From a virus, in the IMG/VR virus record IMGVR_UViG_3300028392_000054, positions 1 to 64,000 of that record: DNA of 64,000 nt. The stretch is one strand, 5' to 3'. Position numbers and translations under genes: made by a program. Position 1 is the stretch's first letter; every line of letters starts with the position of its first letter. The notes under the pieces were generated by a model. It did not search any database. It was not told the DNA's origin and saw nothing but the letters and a program-made list of their open reading frames with translations. Shown here one piece after another: positions 34,937 to 43,900 of the stretch.

Positions 34937-35097
34937 AGTTTTTAAATGACCTTATAGGCCAAATATGGACTCTTTTAGGTATGTTTGTAGCCTGGGTTGT
35001 ACTAGAAGGCTCTGCTAAGGCGGTAGTTGGCTGGTGCATCATAGGTTCATTGGTTATATGGATAGCCACGTTCCCCCTGCGAAATAGAGACGAATAA
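34933..35097 (+). CDS. 54-aa two-TM protein (not in ORF track)
   Basis: MKFLNDLIGQIWTLLGMFVAWVVLEGSAKAVVGWCII; ATGA overlap, AAGGA SD. Confidence 0.75.
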   Translation: MKFLNDLIGQIWTLLGMFVAWVVLEGSAKAVVGWCIIGSLVIWIATFPLRNRDE

Positions 35098-35143
35098 GAG
35101 ACAATAGAACTGTCCCCTCCAACCCTTCGAAAGGAACCCCACT

Positions 35144-35668
35144 ATGGGTAACTGGATTTTCCCGGTAAAGAAGGTCAAACTCGGATCACTATTTGGCGCA
35201 GTAGACCAGTGGCACAAAGCTCCAGGTCATCGTGGAACCGATTATAACGGTTTCCCTGTTGGCGAGCCTTTGCTTGCTGTAAATGATGGAACAATCGTAC
35301 TTAATAGACCTTTAGCAAAAAGCACCGTTCTTGGTAACGTTGTTGTACTACAGACAGATAACGGCCACTACTTCGGTTACTGCCACATGAATGAACCATC
35401 ACCACTTAAGGTTGGAACAGTCGTGAAGTCAGGCGACGTAGTTGGTAAAGCAGGTAACACAGGCTCAGCGAGTTTTGGTTGTCACCTACACTTCACACTA
35501 AGCGGTTCTGCTGAAGGTGTGTTTGGTGGCAAAGTTTACAACGCTCACGAGTACATTAAAGGCCAAATTGCAAAGCAAAAAGCTGTTAAGCCAGTTGCTA
35601 AGCCAGTGGCTGCCCCGGTCCATGCAGACCCAAAGGTTTGCCCAACTTGTAAGCAAGAGGTTAAATAA
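35144..35668 (+). CDS. M23 family peptidase (candidate endolysin)
   Basis: HRGTD, YCHM, GNTG.S.GCHLHF. Confidence 0.9.
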   Translation: MGNWIFPVKKVKLGSLFGAVDQWHKAPGHRGTDYNGFPVGEPLLAVNDGTIVLNRPLAKSTVLGNVVVLQTDNGHYFGYCHMNEPSPLKVGTVVKSGDVVGKAGNTGSASFGCHLHFTLSGSAEGVFGGKVYNAHEYIKGQIAKQKAVKPVAKPVAAPVHADPKVCPTCKQEVK

Positions 35669-36036
35669 TGAAAGCACTTGGTAATTTAATTAAGCGCACT
35701 ATTGGTGTGGTTATGTTTGCTGCAATCCCAGGTATGGCTACTGGTGCTGCATCAGGCATTGGTCCACTACTTGGTGCTTTAAATGGTGTTGCTACTGTAT
35801 TCTCATCAATCATCATTTACTTTGGTGTTCAACTAGCTTGGGATGCAAGTATTTCAAACGAAGACATTGAAAAAGGTTTCCGTGCTGCTGTTGCAAAACA
35901 ATCAGCAAATGACCCTGAAGTTAAACAAGCACTAGAAGAATCAGCTGCTGAAACTCCAGAACTTGCTGACTTTGGTGACCTGACAGAACTAACAGACCAT
36001 GTAGATGCCCCTGAAGAAGAAGAGCCATTGGCTTAA
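35668..36036 (+). CDS. Two-TM holin-like membrane protein
   Basis: Coupled to M23 gene; TM segments followed by DASISNEDIEKGF and an acidic tail. Confidence 0.6.
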   Translation: MKALGNLIKRTIGVVMFAAIPGMATGAASGIGPLLGALNGVATVFSSIIIYFGVQLAWDASISNEDIEKGFRAAVAKQSANDPEVKQALEESAAETPELADFGDLTELTDHVDAPEEEEPLA

Positions 36037-36045
36037 ATCTTAAGT

Positions 36046-36078
36046 AAAAACCCCCTGTTGTTTAGCAGGGGGTTTTTT
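36046..36078. terminator. Bidirectional terminator at convergence
   Basis: AAAAACCCCCTG...CAGGGGGTTTTTT. Confidence 0.85.
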
Positions 36079-36097
36079 ATTAACTACTTTTTAGACT

Positions 36098-36652
36098 TTA
36101 TATCTCATTGCCCCAAACATCCCAACCATCCATCGGCCTACGAGCAAACATTTCAAGCTTTAATTGATTTGGGTACAGACGCTCAATTCTTCGGTGAACT
36201 TCGTCTGGCTTCCTTGAATGCTCCATTTTTGCAGCAAGGACCACGTGGGAAACACCTTCGTCTGCAAGGGGCAGGGGTCGGCCCTTCGTAACGTTTGAGG
36301 CAACAATAACAAACTCGGTTGTCGGTTTTACGATGCTCGGGCGGACGCCCTGCGCGCCTATTGGGGTCAAGCCGTCTTTGCGAGTCTTTACCCATGTAAA
36401 CGCAACTCCTCTATATGTAAACCCCCATGCTCGTAGAAGATCAATAGCAAAGTCCAGGCGAGGCGATGTTACCCACATAAAAATTACGCCAGGTTTGTTT
36501 AGGATACTTTGGATATCCATAGCTATTAAGTCTTCATCCGACATAGTTGGATAAAACTTTGCAGCAGCCCCCATCTTGTCTTGTGCGCCATAGTAAGACC
36601 ATGGCGGGTCCATTAAAATAACGTCGTATTTTTTATTAGGGAGTAATAACAT
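36098..36652 (-). CDS. MT-A70 family adenine methyltransferase
   Basis: YDVILMDPPW, FMWVT, WGFTY..FTWVK, HSRKP, KLEMFAR..GWDVWGNE. Confidence 0.92.
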   Translation of the reverse strand: MLLLPNKKYDVILMDPPWSYYGAQDKMGAAAKFYPTMSDEDLIAMDIQSILNKPGVIFMWVTSPRLDFAIDLLRAWGFTYRGVAFTWVKTRKDGLTPIGAQGVRPSIVKPTTEFVIVASNVTKGRPLPLADEGVSHVVLAAKMEHSRKPDEVHRRIERLYPNQLKLEMFARRPMDGWDVWGNEI

Positions 36653-36654
36653 CT

Positions 36655-36783
36655 TTACTTCTTGCGAACTAATTTGCGCTTGATAGCGTCAAAAATCTTT
36701 GGTCGCTTTTTTGGTGCTTTACCGTTATTGCGGCCGTCTCCGGCTTTCTTAACTGGTGCTGGTGCTGGCTTTCCTTTTGCCAT
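36655..36783 (-). CDS. 42-aa Lys-rich protein (not in ORF track)
   Basis: MAKGKPAPAPVKK...; AGGAG SD. Confidence 0.6.
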   Translation of the reverse strand: MAKGKPAPAPVKKAGDGRNNGKAPKKRPKIFDAIKRKLVRKK

Positions 36784-36792
36784 TTTATCTCC

Positions 36793-37047
36793 TTATACTT
36801 CATAGCCTGAATTAGTTGCTCGCCACACGCTAGGTGAGTGGTTTTCCTCTACGGCAGCCTTAATTTCTGGGCTGTTGTAAAGTCTTAATATATGAATACA
36901 TGGGTCATCTCCGCTGTCATACTCCTTGTATTCTTCTTCGCTCATAGGTAAGCCATCGTGAGTATGACAGATAGTAGGACCTACCCAACCTTGGGTAAGC
37001 CCAAGCCATAGCCATTTTTCAAAAGTCATCATTTGTCCAAGTGCCAT
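36793..37047 (-). CDS. Hypothetical protein
   Basis: GWVGPTICHTHDGLP...DDPCIHILRLY. Confidence 0.75.
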   Translation of the reverse strand: MALGQMMTFEKWLWLGLTQGWVGPTICHTHDGLPMSEEEYKEYDSGDDPCIHILRLYNSPEIKAAVEENHSPSVWRATNSGYEV

Positions 37048-37220
37048 TAGTTTCCTCTTCCCCAGCCGCCGCCTCTAAACTGAACTGCAAGGTTTCCAAA
37101 AACCCTGGTCATCAATTTATTGCAAGCAAGGCATTTAGGTGTCTTTGCTTCTTCGTTTATATTTTGTGTAATCGTGCAAGTAGCTTCACAGTCAGGGCAT
37201 TTATATTGATAGTTAGGCAT
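37047..37220 (-). CDS. FmdB-family Zn-ribbon protein (not in ORF track)
   Basis: MPNYQYKCPDC...CLAC..MTRVF..VQFRGGGW. Confidence 0.8.
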   Translation of the reverse strand: MPNYQYKCPDCEATCTITQNINEEAKTPKCLACNKLMTRVFGNLAVQFRGGGWGRGN

Positions 37221-37221
37221 G

Positions 37222-38805
37222 TTACACCGACATATCTAATAGGAAACCACGAAGTGTGCCAATTGTCAAATCCACCCCACCGTTATCGTTAATACCCTCA
37301 CCATCAATTACGGCTGAGGCAATTGCGTTCTTTTGCTGAAGAGCTGAATGTTGGCGTACTTCAATTGAGTTAGTAACCAGCACATCTTGAATCACAATGG
37401 TTTTCCACTCAGAAGAAGCCCTACGAATGCGGCCGTTACGCTGAGTAGCCAAACCAGAAGACCAAGGTAAATCATAGTTAATGAGCATGTTCGCCGCCGG
37501 AAGGTCCACGCCATAACCACCGGCGTCAGAACTAACGAACACACGAATAGAAGGGTCGTTATTGAGAGCATTTTTATGTTTTTCCTTTGTCTTAGCGTCA
37601 AGTTGTCCTGTATATGTAACACTGATGTCACGCCCAAGGCGGTCAGCAATGATATCTACCATATCTACATAGGTACAAAATACTACTAGTTTATTATGTT
37701 CATCCTGTTCTAGAAAGTCTTTAGCGTAACTTACAAACGCCTCAAGTTTTGGGCTAGAAAGTCCTTCTAATAACTCTTCTTCATCTAATTGAGCAGCATA
37801 AGCAGAACCTTCACCGTTACCGTTTCTAAATTTTTTTGCGCTTACTTTAAGAAGTTCAGGAGAACAGGTAAGCATTTTAAGACAACCTAATTTAGACATA
37901 ACCTGCCCGCGTAGTTCATCTGCTGGGCCACCCCATGACTTTTCAAAGCCATAATGAGCTAATACGTTAAAAGAGCTTCCAAAAAGCGTTTGAGCGTTAT
38001 CTAAATCCATTAGCAAGTCATCTGAAATACGTTTATATAACTTAGCTGTCTTTCGGTCCATCATTACAAATATTGGATCTTTATGTATTGTGTCCGGTAA
38101 AAATGGAGCAACGTCAGGGTCTTTTTGAGCTTTACGAACAGACGCTGTCTTCATGCGCTCATGCAAGGTAGATAGATTGCGATAGCGGTCTACGCCACCC
38201 CACGCGTTACGAACAATAAATGTCATGTCAAACTTATCAAATCGCCCCAAAACGCTGTCATCAACAAACTGCATGATGCTGAATAGTTCCTCTGGCTTGC
38301 CGTTTTCTACTGGGGTTCCAGTAAGAGCAAACCGATATTCGCAAGTAGCCAGTTTCTTAACAGCCTTGGCACGCTTTGACTTAAACGACTTGATAGCAGT
38401 GGCTTCATCTAAAACAATAAATCCTCTAGGCAACTTGCTTACAGAATCCCAGTCGTTTACTACTTGCTCATAGTTCATGATTACGTAATCGATTTTAGAA
38501 GTTTTCCAGCGCATCGCACGGTCATATTGCTTTTTGCGCTGCTCTGGGTTGCCGTCAATAACGATTGAGTTTGAGCCGTTAGTAAACTTAGTAATAGAAG
38601 ACTGCCATTGGTATTTAAGGCTAGATAGGCAAATTATCAAACCTGGCTCAGTTATATTGCCTTCATCCATTAATTCTTCAATAGCCGCAATCGTCAATAC
38701 GGTTTTACCAAGCCCTAAGTCATAAGCAACAAGCATCTTGCCGCGCTCAATCATCTTATCAACAGCCTCTGGCTGATAAGGAAGCAGCGTTCCTACGAAT
38801 CCCAT
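37222..38805 (-). CDS. SNF2-family helicase
   Basis: LLPYQ, DLGLGKT, LDEA, LTGTPVEN, GYGVDL, QRNGRIRR. Confidence 0.92.
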   Translation of the reverse strand: MGFVGTLLPYQPEAVDKMIERGKMLVAYDLGLGKTVLTIAAIEELMDEGNITEPGLIICLSSLKYQWQSSITKFTNGSNSIVIDGNPEQRKKQYDRAMRWKTSKIDYVIMNYEQVVNDWDSVSKLPRGFIVLDEATAIKSFKSKRAKAVKKLATCEYRFALTGTPVENGKPEELFSIMQFVDDSVLGRFDKFDMTFIVRNAWGGVDRYRNLSTLHERMKTASVRKAQKDPDVAPFLPDTIHKDPIFVMMDRKTAKLYKRISDDLLMDLDNAQTLFGSSFNVLAHYGFEKSWGGPADELRGQVMSKLGCLKMLTCSPELLKVSAKKFRNGNGEGSAYAAQLDEEELLEGLSSPKLEAFVSYAKDFLEQDEHNKLVVFCTYVDMVDIIADRLGRDISVTYTGQLDAKTKEKHKNALNNDPSIRVFVSSDAGGYGVDLPAANMLINYDLPWSSGLATQRNGRIRRASSEWKTIVIQDVLVTNSIEVRQHSALQQKNAIASAVIDGEGINDNGGVDLTIGTLRGFLLDMSV

Positions 38806-39740
38806 TGTAAAGCTCCTAATCCGTTTACAGAGTGCTTAGCTGTAAGTAGCCCATAAAGAATTTCAGTTCTGCTCATAGCACCTACATCTTTCATATCCGT
38901 CTGGCCGTAGTTAAAATACCAAGCCTCTAGATTTTGCTCTAGCATCTTTTTAGAAGAGTTAATTCCAGATTCGTCATTATCAAATGCAAACACAATCTCA
39001 TCTGCTTCTTTTATTAGTTCTAATTGAGTATTAGAAATCATTGAGCCATAGGTAGACACTCCACCGGGGACCCCGATTGACTCTAATCTTACCACGTCTA
39101 ACGGAGACTCTACGATAATCATGCGTCCACCTGTGTACTTATTAAGGCCGAACAGCGTTGTGGATTTTTCTACACCCTGTGGGTAGTTTCGGAAATAACG
39201 GCGACTAAAGCCTTTCTCCTGCCAACCCAACAATTTATTTGAATGCGGGTCACGGATTACGGAAATCCAATTTGAGTGCGCTGTATCCCAAAGTAACTGA
39301 TGTTTTTCTGCCGCTTGTAAAGTAAACCCGCGGGCAGTTAATGCGTGCTGTGGTGGATATGTGAACAAGGCAAGCCTAGACTCTGTAATAGTCGTAACTT
39401 CTTTAAACACCGACTCTTGTTCTTCTTCTTCATGCGTACCTAGTTGAATGTTATCGAATGATAGGTATAACCAGTCTTTAGCGTCTGCGTAATCTAAGAA
39501 ACCATTAGCATCTCGTAATCCTTGTGCAGTTGCAATAAGAGCCCATAGGTTACCCTTAAACCCGCAAGAAAAACAAATGTGTGCGCCTGTGTCAGAGTTA
39601 ATCCACCAAGATGGGCTACGATCTTCTTTACCCGTAATCTCTTTATGGCCTGGACATAAAGCAAGTATCTCTGAGCCGCGTGCATTAACTGGCTCAATAT
39701 CTAAGCGTCTTAATACGCTTTCCATCTCTTCTAGTCTCAT
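38793..39740 (-). CDS. dnaG: DNA primase (CHC2 Zn finger plus TOPRIM)
   Basis: CPGH...CFSC; VESPLD; FDNDESG. Confidence 0.88.
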   Translation of the reverse strand: MRLEEMESVLRRLDIEPVNARGSEILALCPGHKEITGKEDRSPSWWINSDTGAHICFSCGFKGNLWALIATAQGLRDANGFLDYADAKDWLYLSFDNIQLGTHEEEEQESVFKEVTTITESRLALFTYPPQHALTARGFTLQAAEKHQLLWDTAHSNWISVIRDPHSNKLLGWQEKGFSRRYFRNYPQGVEKSTTLFGLNKYTGGRMIIVESPLDVVRLESIGVPGGVSTYGSMISNTQLELIKEADEIVFAFDNDESGINSSKKMLEQNLEAWYFNYGQTDMKDVGAMSRTEILYGLLTAKHSVNGLGALQWDS

Positions 39741-40963
39741 ACGTCGTCGCTTGTCATTTCGCGGAATAAACCGCTAGACCAATCCCACATTAGGGATGCC
39801 TCTACGTTAGCGCTGTTACGAGCAGCCATAACCTTTAGGGTTCTAGTATCATCTACGTTTTCATCTTCGCGCTCAAGACCAAACACGACATCTGCGTCCT
39901 GTAGGAATGAGGATGAGTAACCGATTGAGTCAGTAGATACCTTACCCTTTTTGGTTTTCCAGTTAAGCGCCTGTGTAGTAATAACAATAGGCTTATTAGT
40001 TCTCTGAGCTAGACGTTTCAAAGAACGAGTAATACCAGTCAAAGCTTGTGGGGTGTTTGACTCGCCAGTCTGTTCATCCATCATTAAATACACACCGTCA
40101 ATAAACACGACATCTGGGTTAAGCGTTTGAATTTTGCTTTGGATAGATGACACGGTAATACCGTGAGCGGCATCTACAAGCCAGAAGTTTGTAGGGTCAT
40201 CCGCCATAGTCAATAGGGCATCTTGGAATCGTTTTTCTTCTTCTTTACTTAACGTACCTGAGATAAGGCGGTTATGTGAAACAAGCGCACGCATTGAGTC
40301 ATAACGATTTTGCTGTTCACGGTTAGTCATCTCAAAAGATTGGAACATTGGAGATAGGTTTTGCTTATGTACGTTATTGGCAATCTGCAAAGCCAGTGTT
40401 GACTTACCGGTCTTAGGTGTAGCAACAATTACAATCAGTTGGCCATTCTGCAACCCATTAGTTACGGTGTCAATTGTAGGAAATCCGGTAGCGACTCCCA
40501 ATAGACCTGGGTTATTCTTACGGAATAAATAATCTTCCCAGCGTGACTCTGTGGTTGTAATCAAGTTGATATCGGAGGTTTTGTTCAAACCTTCTTCTTC
40601 AAGCTTTACAAGACCTCCCTGCATCAAAAGTAATGCGGCTTCATGGTCTTTCTCAGTTTGAATTGCTTCTACGGCAAGACGTAGCGTGTTGCTAATAGAA
40701 AGTTTACGACGTTTGTCTACAAGGTCATCAAGTAGAAAATCTATTGAGTCAGTTAGTTCCGCTACACGATATGTAGGAAAGTTTGCTGCAATTACTTCTT
40801 CGCTAGGACTTTCGCCATACTTAGCAAAGTGAGTCCGTAAGTAGGTCCATACACGTTTGTCTTCTTCGTTAGAAAACCACGAGTCTGATACACCGCGCTC
40901 AAATAACGGGGATAGGTCGCGGACACGAATGGCCGCACCAATTAGTTTTGTTTCTGTACTCAT
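39737..40963 (-). CDS. dnaB: Replicative DnaB-like helicase
   Basis: TGFPTID, ATPKTGKS, SFEM, FIDG, QDADVV; start at MSTET. Confidence 0.92.
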   Translation of the reverse strand: MSTETKLIGAAIRVRDLSPLFERGVSDSWFSNEEDKRVWTYLRTHFAKYGESPSEEVIAANFPTYRVAELTDSIDFLLDDLVDKRRKLSISNTLRLAVEAIQTEKDHEAALLLMQGGLVKLEEEGLNKTSDINLITTTESRWEDYLFRKNNPGLLGVATGFPTIDTVTNGLQNGQLIVIVATPKTGKSTLALQIANNVHKQNLSPMFQSFEMTNREQQNRYDSMRALVSHNRLISGTLSKEEEKRFQDALLTMADDPTNFWLVDAAHGITVSSIQSKIQTLNPDVVFIDGVYLMMDEQTGESNTPQALTGITRSLKRLAQRTNKPIVITTQALNWKTKKGKVSTDSIGYSSSFLQDADVVFGLEREDENVDDTRTLKVMAARNSANVEASLMWDWSSGLFREMTSDDV

Positions 40964-41367
40964 AATGAAGGAAAGTCCATCCCCCATCGACCATACCGAA
41001 GTAGTCGCGATGGGATATCAATTACACCGATAACCTCTGGTCGATAAGGAAGTTCTGCAACTAACTTATCTACCGATTTGTAAGACGAGCCGTAACGAAA
41101 TGGGTTCGTTCCAAGCTTGTCTAAGTGAAGCATTAACTCTACCACTTCATCTTCTGAATGAGTAAAGCTAATAAGCTCCATTGTAATACCGCGTTTAAGA
41201 GTAGTCATATACAAGTGGCTAAGCACCATTCTGTTATATTCCTTACGTCTTTTTTTAACTGGTACAAACCCAAGAACTTTTCTATTGTCCTCGTAAACAT
41301 CTACAATTACATCAGCAGTCACTATAACACGTTGCGGTAACGAATTGCTAATGTCATTCCCTTGCAT
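40960..41367 (-). CDS. Hypothetical protein in replication cluster
   Basis: MQGNDISN N-terminus; coupled at both ends. Confidence 0.7.
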   Translation of the reverse strand: MQGNDISNSLPQRVIVTADVIVDVYEDNRKVLGFVPVKKRRKEYNRMVLSHLYMTTLKRGITMELISFTHSEDEVVELMLHLDKLGTNPFRYGSSYKSVDKLVAELPYRPEVIGVIDIPSRLLRYGRWGMDFPSL

Positions 41368-41687
41368 TAGTAAATCTCCACTTTAGCGTGTTTAATTATG
41401 AAGTCTCTAAATGTTTGTTCGGTCCTCATTGCAACTCGTATTTGTTCTGTGTTAACTCTGTCAGAAAAATCAAATGGATACATTCCCCCACCTTCTTCAA
41501 TTCTGCGCTCTACTAACGCTGTGTGTTTGCAACTATCTTTGGCAGCAAACCCTGGACAATTACATGACAAATATTTATCTGGAGTAGTGTTTACTTCAAA
41601 AATTCCTGGACCTGGACTGTCCGACCTATGGCTAAGAAATATTTGTAGCAGTCGTTTGTTTTCTGGTGCGCTTTTTCCTGGGGCCAC
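41367..41687 (-). CDS. SWIM Zn-finger protein
   Basis: CNCPGF....CKH. Confidence 0.75.
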   Translation of the reverse strand: MAPGKSAPENKRLLQIFLSHRSDSPGPGIFEVNTTPDKYLSCNCPGFAAKDSCKHTALVERRIEEGGGMYPFDFSDRVNTEQIRVAMRTEQTFRDFIIKHAKVEIY

Positions 41688-41688
41688 G

Positions 41689-42381
41689 TTACTTCCTCAA
41701 ATCCGCAGATGAATCCATGTTCACGTAAATAAAAGCCTCGTGAACAAACGACTGAGTAGCAGACCCATAGTGAGCCTCCCAATCGTCCATCTTGATATTG
41801 GTGGTAACTATGGTAGGCAAACCATTATTGAAACGTGTACGAAGAACGTGATGAAGCATATTCTTCTGCCAGCCTGAAGCACTTGCGTGCTCTTTACCTA
41901 CGTCATCCAAAACAAGGACTCGTACGTTATACGCATCATCATAAGCTTCACCAAGAATACCGTTGTAAAGCAACTCGTCATCGCTCTCGTGGTCTTCCAT
42001 GATTGCGCCCTTAAGGTCAAGTAACCCGTTGTAAGTGATGAAATAGCAAGGGCGCGAAACTGTCTTGCCTGGCTCCATACCTAGAATTTCTGGAGCTGCT
42101 TTACGAAGCACTTCTTGAATCAAAGTATTAGCCATTGTGGTCTTACCGCGACCCGGAAGTCCATAAAGCATTAAACCAAGACCACAAGTTTGCTTACCTT
42201 CGGCTCGGATTACCTTATCTGAAGTTACTGCGGAAAACCACTTAGAGACGGCCGTCATTACGTCCGCAGAGACGTCAGAACAGTCCTCAAGGGTCCAACC
42301 AAGCTTGGCTGGGGGTATACTCGCAATCTTCACCCAAGTCCGCCTACGGGCCGGCAAATCGTTTGGCTTATACATTTTCAT
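41689..42381 (-). CDS. DnaC/IstB-like helicase loader ATPase
   Basis: GLPGRGKT, LVLDDVGKE, R...GLPTIVTTN. Confidence 0.88.
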   Translation of the reverse strand: MKMYKPNDLPARRRTWVKIASIPPAKLGWTLEDCSDVSADVMTAVSKWFSAVTSDKVIRAEGKQTCGLGLMLYGLPGRGKTTMANTLIQEVLRKAAPEILGMEPGKTVSRPCYFITYNGLLDLKGAIMEDHESDDELLYNGILGEAYDDAYNVRVLVLDDVGKEHASASGWQKNMLHHVLRTRFNNGLPTIVTTNIKMDDWEAHYGSATQSFVHEAFIYVNMDSSADLRK

Positions 42382-43288
42382 CCTCGTCTAGCAAAGCAAG
42401 CTTACGGTTAGTTAGCTCTTGGTCACGAATAATGTTCGTTTCCAGCTGCTCTACCGTGATGATACTCTCACGAGCCTGCATTAGCAAGCTGGGGGCTTTG
42501 TAGAGGAAGGCTCTCCATAGATGGTTCCCGTCGGTGTACTTCTCGGACTTGAGGGTGCTGAAGAATAGCTCGATAATCTTGAGCTCCACTTCACCGTTCG
42601 TATCATGCTGTTTCCGGAATACCGAGAGTGCCTGTACAAACCGGGACTGAGTGATACTGAAGGGTTTGATGGACCAAATATCGGCCATGCGGTCCCCAAA
42701 TTCGTATGCAACGTCTTTGCATGTCCAGTCTGATGGAGCAATCTTGGAGCGGTGCTGGTCTTTGCGTTTTTGCGCCTTAGCCTCGCGAACCTCCACGTAC
42801 TCGGCTTTCTTCTGCGCCAGATGCTTTGCGCGGTCAACCAGAGTATCGTCATCTGGAGACGACATCTTTTTAAAGTACTCATAACCCACTTCTTTTTCCT
42901 TCCCCTCGACCTCGTCGAGGAATTTATTTGTAGCTATATTAGTAGTACTAGCTGTATTGCTATTAGAAATATGGCTTACTAGCTGTACTGCTATATGGCG
43001 ATAACCTGATATGACCGATTTGGTCACGTCAGACATTACCACTTTAGTTTTAGTACCTGCACCAACTATTCTAGTCATTTTGATGCAATTTGCGTCTCGT
43101 AGCTCTTGTAAAACAACCAAGCTTTTGCGTCTGCTCAAGCCCTTGTGTTCCATCAGGGTACGGTGATTTATTATAAGAGTTGGATTTAGGTATAGGAAAG
43201 CTAGGCAGTCCTGTGCCTGCCGACTAATATTGATAGACATGCTATTCCTTGATGATGCGTTTAAATTCTTTAGCAAATGATCGGGCAA
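42368..43288 (-). CDS. Putative replication initiator (N-terminal HTH)
   Basis: Directly upstream of the DnaC-like gene; HTH-like GLSRRKSLVVLQEL; low-complexity linker. Confidence 0.5.
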   Translation of the reverse strand: MPDHLLKNLNASSRNSMSINISRQAQDCLAFLYLNPTLIINHRTLMEHKGLSRRKSLVVLQELRDANCIKMTRIVGAGTKTKVVMSDVTKSVISGYRHIAVQLVSHISNSNTASTTNIATNKFLDEVEGKEKEVGYEYFKKMSSPDDDTLVDRAKHLAQKKAEYVEVREAKAQKRKDQHRSKIAPSDWTCKDVAYEFGDRMADIWSIKPFSITQSRFVQALSVFRKQHDTNGEVELKIIELFFSTLKSEKYTDGNHLWRAFLYKAPSLLMQARESIITVEQLETNIIRDQELTNRKLALLDEDENV

Positions 43289-43850
43289 AAATCTTACCCA
43301 TCTCTGACATTAGCACAACCAAATTTTCTTCTAAGTCGTACTCGCTGTCATATGCTTCATCTTCTTCATCATCAGGCAAAGCTTCTTTAATAGCTTTAAT
43401 TGCCTTTTCATCAGGAACAGTCTCCTCAGTTACTTGAGTCTCTACCACAGGCATTACAACTCGTGGGGGACTTGCAATAGTTCCTTGGCTTAAGGGTATT
43501 AACATAAGACCGTTTGTAAGGTCATAGACAGGGATATTGTGTTGCTGAGCTATTGCAGCGGCGGCTTGACATTCTGAGTCGTCATCATCCCATAAGGCAA
43601 AGAATCTAAGTTCTTCCTTAGTATTATCAACCAAAAGTTCTTCATAATTATTCCTAGAATAATCAAGAATTGGTAGTTCTTTATCGATTGCGTATTGATA
43701 AGTCCATTCGACTCCATCAGACTTTTTTTCATTATATACAATAGCGATAGTTGCTTCATCAACTGAATCTACAACATCACTAATAAGGGCCTCTACGTTA
43801 GCCCGGGTTGTTTTACCATTACCCATAACCGCGATGGTTACTCGTCTCAT
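43242..43850 (-). CDS. Hypothetical protein, possibly SLOG/Rossmann-like
   Basis: VTIAVMGNG N-terminus, ALWD, IPVYDL; GGAGG SD. Confidence 0.55.
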   Translation of the reverse strand: MRRVTIAVMGNGKTTRANVEALISDVVDSVDEATIAIVYNEKKSDGVEWTYQYAIDKELPILDYSRNNYEELLVDNTKEELRFFALWDDDDSECQAAAAIAQQHNIPVYDLTNGLMLIPLSQGTIASPPRVVMPVVETQVTEETVPDEKAIKAIKEALPDDEEDEAYDSEYDLEENLVVLMSEMGKIFARSFAKEFKRIIKE

Positions 43851-43900
43851 AATTACCTCCTATGAACGGAAGTATTAGTATACAGAAGAATTAAAAAACG

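Noticed and set aside
9715-40963. Inteins or introns in NrdJ, RecA, PolA, SNF2 or DnaB
   Set aside because: Lengths are normal, reading frames are continuous, and no splice motifs were seen.
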